NCBI RefSeq assembly: GCF_000008625.1 | Contig: NC_000918.1 | Location: 1,519,336-1,551,335, forward strand | Length of the DNA stretch: 32,000 bases | Source: Aquifex aeolicus VF5 | Lineage (GTDB): Bacteria > Aquificota > Aquificia > Aquificales > Aquificaceae | Direction: 5' to 3' | Part shown: positions 20,063 to 27,876 of the stretch, piece after piece | Numbering within the stretch: the stretch's first letter is position 1 | How the letters are laid out: each line of letters begins with the position of its first letter | Program-made: the position numbers and the translations under genes | Notes under the pieces: model-generated | What the model saw: the letters and a program-made list of their open reading frames with translations, nothing else | The model's database searches: none | Told to the model about the DNA's origin: nothing

Positions 20063-20773
20063 ATGGAGCAAGTTATTGCACTGCCCTATAAGTGGTGGGC
20101 AGAGGCTGTAACTGTCTGGCTTATAGTAGCCGTAGTGATCTATTTAATCGTCGCAATACCGGGTATTTACTTCATCTACAAGTACAGGTACAAGCCCGGT
20201 GAAAGAGAAATAGGGGACCACGACTTTGAGGGACACATGGGCTTAGAAGCACTTCTTACCATAATTCCACTGCTTACGGTCATATTCTTAGCAACATACT
20301 CCTTTACCATATTTAAGAAGCAAAGAACTGTACCCGACGGAGCGATGACGATTAAGGTAACCGCTTTCATGTGGGGATGGCAGTTTGATTACCTCGACGA
20401 AAACGGAAAAGTTATAAAGACTGTGGTTACCGGATACCACGCAAACGACTACAACCTGCAGGAATTTGAAAAGCCTGTAATACCCGCAGGTAAACCTATA
20501 AGAGCTCTGCTTACGTCTATGGACGTAATACACTCATTCTTCGTGTTACCTGCAAGGATAACTGAAGACATGGTTCCTGGAAGAACGACATATCTGTGGT
20601 TCCAGATTAACAAGCCTGGTGAGTACTGGGTGTTCTGCAGGGAGTACTGCGGAACAGGACACTCTCACATGTTTACTAAGTTAAAGGTTGTTCCTCCTGA
20701 GCAATTTACAGCTTGGCTTTATGGTAAAAATGAAGTTGCTATAAAATCTAACAACAAGGAGGTAGCAAGATGA
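20063..20773 (+). CDS. coxB: Cytochrome c oxidase subunit II (CuA)
   Basis: Two N-terminal TM helices and a cupredoxin domain with DVIHSFFV and CREYCGTGHSHM. Confidence 0.9.
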   Translation: MEQVIALPYKWWAEAVTVWLIVAVVIYLIVAIPGIYFIYKYRYKPGEREIGDHDFEGHMGLEALLTIIPLLTVIFLATYSFTIFKKQRTVPDGAMTIKVTAFMWGWQFDYLDENGKVIKTVVTGYHANDYNLQEFEKPVIPAGKPIRALLTSMDVIHSFFVLPARITEDMVPGRTTYLWFQINKPGEYWVFCREYCGTGHSHMFTKLKVVPPEQFTAWLYGKNEVAIKSNNKEVAR

Positions 20774-22392
20774 GGTAAGCAGTTCACGTAGAGAAGCCAT
20801 ATTTTCTCGGAACTTTAAGAGAGTGGCTCTTTACTACCGATCACAAAAAGATCGGAATACTTTACTTTACGACCAGCTTCCTCGTTTTCCTTATAGCGGG
20901 TGTATTTGGTCTGCTCGTAAGGCTGGAGCAGTCTGTGCCCGGGATGCAGGTCGTTGACTTCAAGACCTATAACTACTTACTTACCGGGCACGGAGTAGGA
21001 ATGCTCTTCTGGTGGGCTATAGCAGCTCACATAGGAGGATTCGGTAACTTCCTACTCCCCTTAATGATTGGAGCAAAAGACGTCGCATTTCCCAGACTGA
21101 ACGCGCTCAGCTGGTGGGCATTCTTTGCAGCAAACGTACTCTTCCTTATGACTCTTATCCCGGGAAACCACATAATGACTATGTGGACCGGATACCCACC
21201 CTTCTCCCTTAACAACGATGCGGGAGTAACAGCTCTCTACGTATTCGTAATGCACTTACTCGGAGCATCTTCTATAGCAACCGCTGTTAACTTCCTTGTT
21301 ACTTACATTACGATGAGAGCTCCCGGATACACCTTCTTCAAGACGAACCTCTTCGTACATACTCTCATAGCTGCTAACGTAATTCAGCTTGTAGGTGTTC
21401 CTTCTCTTGCAGGCGCAGTTACGATGCTCTTCCTTGACAAGTACCTCGGAACTAACTTCTTTAACCCCGCTAAGGGTGGAGACCCCCTCATATACCAGAA
21501 CATTTTCTGGTTCTACTCTCACCCTGTTGTTTACGTTCAAGTTCTACCGGTATTCGGTTTCTACTCCGAAATAATTCCCGTATTCGCAAGGAGACCTCTC
21601 TTCGGATACACCTCTATGGTATTTGCAGTTTGGGCAATAACGGCGGTAAGCTTCTTCCTATGGATACACCACATGTTCGTTTCCGGAGTACCCAACTGGA
21701 CAAGAGTACTTTTCTCCTACACCACACTCCTGATAGCAGTTCCCACAGGAATTAAAATCTTCAACTGGATGTTAACTCTATACAGAGGGGCAATTCACTT
21801 CAGATCACAAATGCTCTACGCACTCGGTGGAGTGTTCATGTTCCTCATAGGTGGTCTCACAGGGTTACCTCTTGGAATGGTCGCTATAGACCTGGGTGTA
21901 TCCGATTCTTTATTCGTAGTAGGACACTTCCACTACGTTCTCGGGATGGCTATTACCCTCGGAATTCTCGGAGCTGTAATACACTGGTTCCCCCTTGCAA
22001 CAGGAAAGTACTACCCTGAAAACCTCGGAAAACTCAGCTTCTGGCTCATATTCGCAGGAGCAAACATCTTCTACTTCCTCCAAATGGTCGCAGGTATGCT
22101 TGGTAATCCCAGAAGGTATCCTGACTATCCTCCCATACCCGAATGGACAACCCTCCACGTAATACAGACTATCGGAGCTCTCATACTCGGTGTAGGTGTA
22201 GTAATCTTCACATACGGAATAATTAAGGGACTCAAAAGCGGTGAAAAGGCTTCAGACAATCCCTGGAAGTCTCCTTCTCTTGAATGGAAGGTCGGAGTTC
22301 CCGCAAGGGCACACGGTCACGGAGACCATCCTCCCAGGGTAGAACCCGACTGGCACCCATACAGATACGACAAAGAAGAAATACTCAAGTGA
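20770..22392 (+). CDS. coxA1: A-family haem-copper oxidase subunit I, interrupted by an in-frame TAA at codon 3. The longest canonical-start ORF is 20935..22392.
   Basis: AAGGAGGT precedes an ATG at 20770 that overlaps the coxB stop as ATGA. The sequence then reads AGG, TAA (20776-20778). The same frame continues as AVHVEKPYFLGTLREWLFTTDHKKIGILYFTTSFLVFLIAGVFGLLVRLEQSV, the conserved start and helix I of subunit I. That stretch has no in-frame ATG, GTG or TTG until 20935. Downstream motifs include WFYSHPVVY and HHMF. Confidence 0.85.
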
Positions 22393-22617
22393 TTTCTCCT
22401 CTTTCCTTCCTCTATATTTTTTTATTTGAAAAAATTAATTACTTTTTGATCACAAAATCACTTTTATCTTAAATTTGAGCTAAAACATAAAACAAAGAAA
22501 CATATTGATTTTCAATTAGTTTAATCTTGTCAGTAAGTTAGTATTACTTGACAATTACAAGTTTGAGGTGAAAAATTAATTATGTAGCTCATAAAAACTC
22601 GTGAGGAGGTGTGAAAA

Positions 22618-22743
22618 ATGAATGAAAAGCATGAACATGAGGAATTTTTCCCGTCGGGTACAATAGCATTTTTTATCTTCATGATGGTCTTTTATGCGGT
22701 TCTCTGGTTCATGATTTACTGGGTTCTACTTGAAAGGGGGTAA
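22618..22743 (+). CDS. ba3-type oxidase small subunit IIa, a 41-aa single-TM protein not in the ORF track
   Basis: GAGGAGGTG precedes the ATG at 22618. The translation is MNEKHEHEEFFPSGTIAFFIFMMVFYAVLWFMIYWVLLERG. It has one TM helix and a C-terminal RG like Thermus ba3 subunit IIa (from memory). The stop is 6 nt before the coxB2 ATG. Confidence 0.7.
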   Translation: MNEKHEHEEFFPSGTIAFFIFMMVFYAVLWFMIYWVLLERG

Positions 22744-22749
22744 GGAGAG

Positions 22750-23200
22750 ATGGACAGGGCTGAAAAAACAGGACTAACTTTAGCTTTAATACTTCTGCTT
22801 ACCTTCTTTAGCTTGATCGTTTACGCTGCAAAGGGACTCAAGATAGACATTCCCCACGTGTGTAACGGACGTAGAACCCTTCCAGGAAGGGAAACTCATT
22901 AAACACGGGGACAAGAGGTACGAACTCCACATACTCGCAAGGATGTGGTACTTTGATTTCAACAAAGGTGCTACCGAAATAAAGATACCCGTAGGTTCCG
23001 TAGTGGACATATTCACGACTTCAAAGGATGTAGTTCACGGTGTACATATTCATGGAACCAATTACAACGTAATGGCAATTCCCGGAACTGTTGGTTACAT
23101 GAGGATAAAGTTTGAAAAACCCGGAGTTTACCACGTTGTTTGCCACGAGTTCTGCGGTGTTGGTCACCATGCTATGCAAGGAAAAATAATCGTTGAATAA
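22750..23200 (+). CDS. coxB2: ba3-type (B-family) oxidase subunit II, split by a +1 frame break near the C4 run at 22852-22855
   Basis: AAGGAGAG precedes the ATG at 22750. That frame encodes a TM helix (MDRAEKTGLTLALILLLTFFSLIVYAAKGLKIDIP) and stops at 22900-22902. The +1 frame is open from 22847 and encodes TCVTDVEPFQEGKLIKHGDKRYELHILARMWYFDF...DVVHGVHI...CHEFCGVGHHAM (CuA). The listed ORF 22943..23200 is only the C-terminal part. Confidence 0.8.
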
Positions 23201-23214
23201 AGGAGGTGTGGGTG

Positions 23215-24984
23215 ATGCAGGTGAGCAATGCAATTAAGTTTATAATCCTCACAGAAATTATATTTCCCACTCTACTTCTGGTGTTCGGTATATACCACGG
23301 TGTAATGCAGGTTTTCTATAGATCAGGAATTATAAAAGCTGAAAGCTTCCTCGGAATTGATTACTATCAAGGCCTAACACTCCACGGAGTTATAAACGTA
23401 ATCGTTTACACAACGATATTCATCGTTGGATTTTCCAACGCAATAGTAGCTTACTCACTCAAGAAACCCTTAAGGGAAAAAGTCCAGTGGATAGCCCTCG
23501 GAATGATGGTTATCGGAACCCTTATGGCAGCATGGGCTATGTTCACTGGAAGGGCAACCGTACTCTACACCTTCTACCCACCTCTAATAGCTCACTGGAC
23601 CTTCTACTTGGGAGCTGTACTCTTAGTACTAGGTTCACTGGTACCCTTTTTCTTTGATTGGATACCGAGTGCAATCCAGTGGAAGAGGGAAAATCCCGAC
23701 CAAAAACTTCCCCTTGCAGTATTCGGAACCTTTGTGAACTTCATCCTCTGGACCATAATGATCGTTCCCGTAGCGATTGAAATACTCTTCCAGCTCCTAC
23801 CCCTTTCTCTCGGACTCGTTGACGAGATTAACCCCTTACTTGCAAGAACTCTCTTCTGGTTCTTTGGACACCCGGTAGTTTACTTCTGGTTACTCCCCGC
23901 ATACGTAGCACTCTACACGATACTTCCCAAGATTGTTTCCGAAAAAGGAAAACTTTACTCTGACCCTGCAGCAAGACTTGCGTTCATACTCTTCCTAATA
24001 TTCTCACTGCCTGTAGGACTCCACCACCAGTTCACCGACCCTGGAATTACTAATACGTGGAAGCTCATACACGCACTCTTTACCTTCGGTGTTGCACTTC
24101 CCAGCATGATTACCGCGTTCACGGTTGCAACGTCTCTTGAGTACAGCGTAAAGGCTGAACACCCCGAACTCAAGAACTCCAAGTTCTACTGGTGGACCTT
24201 CCTGCCCTTCATGAGGCTTGAAGGAAACAAGTGGATGTTCTCCTACTTCTTCGCAGGACTCGTACTCTTCTTCATCGGAGGAATTACTGGAATAGTTAAC
24301 GCTTCTTACAACGTAAACCTCGTAGTTCACAACACCGCTTACGTTCCCGGACACTTCCACACGACAGTTGGTGGACTCGTATTACTCGTATTCTTCGCAC
24401 TATCCCTCTACATGGTATCCAAGCTAAGGGGAAGTGAAGTAAAACTGAAGGGACTAGCGGTTCTCGCACCCTACTTCTGGATGCAGGGAATGTTCATGTT
24501 CTCTTACGCTATGATGGTAGGAGGTGTAGTAGTAGGCTTCCCCAGAAGAACCAACGCAGGACTCACGTACCTGAACCCCGACTCTCCCCTCTACAGACCT
24601 GAGTGGACCGGATACGCACAGCTTGCGGCAGTTGGAGGAGTACTCCTCGCAATAGGATTTGCCTTCTACTTCGCATCACTCATAGCTACCGCTCTCGCTC
24701 CCAAAGTCAGGGAAAGTACCCTTGAGTTCCCCATAGCTGACGCTTACCACGACGCACCCGCACCCCTTCTCAACAATCTCAAAACTTGGACCGTAGCAGC
24801 TATAATTCTCGCAGTACTCTCCTACATACCGCCCCTTTACGACGCATCCGTAAGAGGAGTATTCTTCAAGTCACCCGCTTACAACGAAAAGTTCCCGATG
24901 CCTCTGAAACAGCTCCAAGGTGCTGAAAAGAAAGAAGAAAAGAAAGAACTCTCAAAAGCTGAAGGGGGTATCACTCAGAAATGA
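23215..24984 (+). CDS. coxA2: B-family (ba3-type) haem-copper oxidase subunit I
   Basis: Multi-helix protein with WFFGHPVVY, GLHHQF and VPGHFHTTV. AGGAGGTG lies upstream, with the ATG at 23215. The listed start at 23206 is a GTG inside the SD. Confidence 0.9.
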   Translation: MQVSNAIKFIILTEIIFPTLLLVFGIYHGVMQVFYRSGIIKAESFLGIDYYQGLTLHGVINVIVYTTIFIVGFSNAIVAYSLKKPLREKVQWIALGMMVIGTLMAAWAMFTGRATVLYTFYPPLIAHWTFYLGAVLLVLGSLVPFFFDWIPSAIQWKRENPDQKLPLAVFGTFVNFILWTIMIVPVAIEILFQLLPLSLGLVDEINPLLARTLFWFFGHPVVYFWLLPAYVALYTILPKIVSEKGKLYSDPAARLAFILFLIFSLPVGLHHQFTDPGITNTWKLIHALFTFGVALPSMITAFTVATSLEYSVKAEHPELKNSKFYWWTFLPFMRLEGNKWMFSYFFAGLVLFFIGGITGIVNASYNVNLVVHNTAYVPGHFHTTVGGLVLLVFFALSLYMVSKLRGSEVKLKGLAVLAPYFWMQGMFMFSYAMMVGGVVVGFPRRTNAGLTYLNPDSPLYRPEWTGYAQLAAVGGVLLAIGFAFYFASLIATALAPKVRESTLEFPIADAYHDAPAPLLNNLKTWTVAAIILAVLSYIPPLYDASVRGVFFKSPAYNEKFPMPLKQLQGAEKKEEKKELSKAEGGITQK

Positions 24985-25679
24985 AACTACTCTTTTCCTT
25001 CCTTTTCCTAATAACTTTTTTATTGGCCCAAACGGGAAGTACAGGAATTCCCCCGAATGAAGCCAAAACACTCGGAACATACGTTCCAGGTGATATTACC
25101 TTAGTGGATTCCTACGGAAATGAGTTCCAGTTGAAGAATCTCAAGGGAAAACCGATTATACTAAGCCCAATATACACCCACTGCAGAGCAGCATGTCCTT
25201 TAATTACTAAGAGTCTTTTAAAGGTTATCCCTAAGCTCGGGACTCCGGGAAAGGATTTCTGGGTAATTACATTCACCTTTGATCCGAAAGATACACTTGA
25301 AGATATTAAAAGGTTTCAAAAAGAGTATGGCATAGACGGGAAAGGCTGGAAAGTTGTAAAGGCTAAAACGAGTGAAGATTTATTTAAGCTTCTAGACGCG
25401 ATAGACTTCAGGTTTATGACGGCTGGAAACGACTTTATTCACCCGAATGTCGTAGTGGTTCTCTCACCAGAACTCCAGATAAAGGACTACATATACGGTG
25501 TGAATTACAATTACTTGGAATTCGTAAACGCTCTTAGACTTGCAAGAGGAGAAACCGCACTACCTGAAGGTTTCAGGTCCTACCTCTTCATTATTGGAAT
25601 GGTAGGACTGGTAGGTACCAGCGTTTACATAATGTACCTCTTGAACAGGATACTTCAAAAGAGGAAGAAGGCCGCGTAA
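24981..25679 (+). CDS. SCO1/SenC-family copper chaperone (second copy) with a C-terminal membrane anchor
   Basis: CRAACP (CxxxC), a distal His (FIHPNVVVVL), an N-terminal signal-like segment and a C-terminal TM helix. The start overlaps the coxA2 stop (ATGA). Confidence 0.8.
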   Translation: MKLLFSFLFLITFLLAQTGSTGIPPNEAKTLGTYVPGDITLVDSYGNEFQLKNLKGKPIILSPIYTHCRAACPLITKSLLKVIPKLGTPGKDFWVITFTFDPKDTLEDIKRFQKEYGIDGKGWKVVKAKTSEDLFKLLDAIDFRFMTAGNDFIHPNVVVVLSPELQIKDYIYGVNYNYLEFVNALRLARGETALPEGFRSYLFIIGMVGLVGTSVYIMYLLNRILQKRKKAA

Positions 25680-26425
25680 ACGAGACCTATTAAAATCCTG
25701 TAAAATCCGAAAATCTTTAAGCTATGACTTTTTAAGAAATTTAGAAACCACTTGACTACGATGAGTGCAGTAATAAAGGAAGTGATAAAGCCGATGATCA
25801 AGATGTTCCATTCCTGTGCATTAAAGCTCCCTCCGCTTTTTATCAAATCGTAAGTGGTTGCTGCAAACATAGTTGGAATAGCGAGAAGGAAGGAAAACTC
25901 AGCCGCCACTTTTCTGTTCAAGCCCATAAGCATCCCGCCTATTATGGTAGAACCCGAGCGGGAAACCCCCGGAATTACCGCGATACTCTGAAACACACCT
26001 ATCATAAAAGCTTTTCTAAGAGGCAATTCTCTCACATCTCCGAGGTAGCAAAACTTTTCGCAGTAAGTGTCCGCAAAGATAAGGATTATCCCTCCGAGGA
26101 TCAGGGAAACAACAACTACGAGGTCATTTCCTATCAGAAATCCCTTTATTAACTTGTAAAGGAGAAACCCTATAATCCCTGTTGGTATAAAGGCGGCGAT
26201 TATCCTCTTCCAAATCTCGTAATCTCTAATAAGTCTGTTAAAGTAAAGAACAACTACCGCAAGAATGGAACCGAGCTGAATGGAAATCTCAAAGCTCTTT
26301 ACGAAATCCGTGTGCTTTATACCAAGAATGTGAGCTGTAAGGATGAGGTGTCCAGTAGAGGATATAGGCAAGAACTCCGAAATTCCCTCCACTATTCCTA
26401 GGACTACAGCTTGCCATTCTGTCAT
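25655..26425 (-). CDS. uppP: Undecaprenyl-diphosphate phosphatase
   Basis: BacA/UppP motifs EGISEFLPISSTGH and PGVSRSGSTI, with 8 TM segments. Confidence 0.9.
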   Translation of the reverse strand: MTEWQAVVLGIVEGISEFLPISSTGHLILTAHILGIKHTDFVKSFEISIQLGSILAVVVLYFNRLIRDYEIWKRIIAAFIPTGIIGFLLYKLIKGFLIGNDLVVVVSLILGGIILIFADTYCEKFCYLGDVRELPLRKAFMIGVFQSIAVIPGVSRSGSTIIGGMLMGLNRKVAAEFSFLLAIPTMFAATTYDLIKSGGSFNAQEWNILIIGFITSFITALIVVKWFLNFLKSHSLKIFGFYRILIGLVYAAFFLF

Positions 26426-26428
26426 GGG

Positions 26429-27184
26429 TTATATGATAAAGAACTTTATCTTTTCTCCCTCTTTTAAGTTGAACTTTTCCCTTGCGTTATCTACGGGAAC
26501 GAAAATTTCCATAAACCCGAAACTCCCGCAGGTGGCGTTTAACTTTCCTCTTTCCCCTGCAAGGAAGTAAGGAACAACCTTTAGCTTATCTTCTCTGAAT
26601 TCAGCGTATGCGTACTTTCCACAAGGAACGTTTGTAATCGCATTCCCGAACTTGTCAAAGTAAATAATTTCACCTTCTATAAAATCTTTTTCCCTTTTGG
26701 GCTCCGGAAATTTTAATTTCTCCCTGTACTCAATTCTCGGACCTATTTCCTCAGGTTTTACTCCTTTGCTCAAGTATGCGGCCACCGGGGCAAATACGTC
26801 CCTTCCGTGAAAGGTGTTGTTCTTTTTCGGAAGAGTGAACTTTTCGTTTTTTATTTCGTAGACCTCAAAGTCCTTTGCTTCTTTTATTACCAGGTCAAAC
26901 AGTCCGTTGTCAGGACCCACGAAGAAATACTTTTCAGTTTTTACGATTATCCCCTTTCTCTCTGAACCCACTCCCGGGTCTACAACACCTACAAAAACAC
27001 TTTTTTCCGGAAAATAAGAGTAATGGGCTTTGAGGAGGAGAGCACCCTCGAGTACGTTGAAGGAATCAACTTCGTGGGAGAGGTCAACAATCTGAACGGA
27101 AGGGTTTATGGAGAGGATGACCCCTTTTACGGCACCTACAAAACCGTCCTTTGTCCCGAAGTCCGTAAGGAGAACTATCGCCAT
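26429..27184 (-). CDS. SAM hydroxide adenosyltransferase / DUF62 (chlorinase-fluorinase-like) family protein
   Basis: The N-terminus VLLTDFGTKDGFVGAVKGVI and the motifs GVVDPGVGS and FHGRDVFAP are typical of DUF62. Confidence 0.75.
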   Translation of the reverse strand: MAIVLLTDFGTKDGFVGAVKGVILSINPSVQIVDLSHEVDSFNVLEGALLLKAHYSYFPEKSVFVGVVDPGVGSERKGIIVKTEKYFFVGPDNGLFDLVIKEAKDFEVYEIKNEKFTLPKKNNTFHGRDVFAPVAAYLSKGVKPEEIGPRIEYREKLKFPEPKREKDFIEGEIIYFDKFGNAITNVPCGKYAYAEFREDKLKVVPYFLAGERGKLNATCGSFGFMEIFVPVDNAREKFNLKEGEKIKFFII

Positions 27185-27672
27185 CAGTTGAGCATTCCGA
27201 GTATCTGGTGTCTTAACATGTGAGAGGGTTTGTAATCGGGCTTAATCTTTATAGCTTCTTCTATTTCTCTTAAGGCTTCGTAGAGTTTACCTTGTAACAT
27301 GTAAACCTTTGCGAGATTTATGTAAGGATAGTGCCTAGGTTCGTACCTCTTAGCCCTTTTAGCCTTTTCCAGCCACTCTATGGCCTCGTCCAGTTTTCCG
27401 AGCTCTATCAGGTAAGAACCTATGTCGTTGTAGGGATTTCCAAAGTCAGGGTCTATTTCTATAGCCCTTTTGCAAGCTTCTATAGCCCCTTCGTAATTTC
27501 CTCTCATGCTGTAAGCCCAGCCGAGGAAAGTCCAGGCTTCGGCTGTCGGGTAAACGTCTATAGACTTTCTATAAAGTTCTATGGCTTTATCAAGGTCTCC
27601 GAGCATGTGGTATTTATAGGCTTCTTCAAATAATTTCATCGCTTGTTCTTTTAGTCCTTCCATGGCAAGCAC
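27184..27672 (-). CDS. TPR-repeat protein
   Basis: About four 34-residue repeats with the A/Y/G pattern (AWTFLGWAYSMRGNYEGAIEACKRAIEIDPD and others). Confidence 0.75.
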   Translation of the reverse strand: MLAMEGLKEQAMKLFEEAYKYHMLGDLDKAIELYRKSIDVYPTAEAWTFLGWAYSMRGNYEGAIEACKRAIEIDPDFGNPYNDIGSYLIELGKLDEAIEWLEKAKRAKRYEPRHYPYINLAKVYMLQGKLYEALREIEEAIKIKPDYKPSHMLRHQILGMLN

Positions 27673-27803
27673 CTCCTATACTTTAATATACTTTTGTTAA
27701 ATTTTCTTAACAAGAGCAGACTAATATCCGATTTTTCAATTTTCGAAGCCTTATAAATCAAGTACTTGAAGATTATTTAAGTGCAAAAAACTTAAATTAC
27801 CTC

Positions 27804-27832
27804 TTGACAAAATCCGAGGATGTTAATATAAT
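27804..27832 (+). promoter_or_regulatory. Consensus sigma70-type promoter of groES-groEL
   Basis: TTGACA (27804-27809), a 17-nt spacer, then TATAAT (27827-27832), about 45 nt upstream of the groES ATG. Confidence 0.7.
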
Positions 27833-27876
27833 TTCTGGTGTAAGTAAACAGGTAAACCACGGAGGAGGTGGACGGA

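Noticed and set aside
22380-22420. A weak hairpin (AGAAAT-N9-ATTTCT) after coxA1 as a terminator
   Set aside because: The stem is only 6 bp and AT-rich with a 9-nt loop. The following T-rich stretch is interrupted. This is too weak to call.
22446-22461. An FNR/CRP-like site, TTGAT-CACAA-ATCAC, upstream of the ba3 operon
   Set aside because: The spacing is N5 rather than N4, the second half-site is imperfect, and the context is AT-rich. This is not distinguishable from chance without a genome-wide motif model.
22786-23016. A minus-strand 76-aa ORF across the coxB2 region
   Set aside because: It is antisense to a region that encodes a recognisable CuA subunit II once the frame break is accounted for.
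27673-27876. A CIRCE/HrcA operator upstream of groES
   Set aside because: There is no match to TTAGCACTC-N9-GAGTGCTAA. Only an unrelated AT-rich inverted repeat is present, and it is reported separately at low interest.
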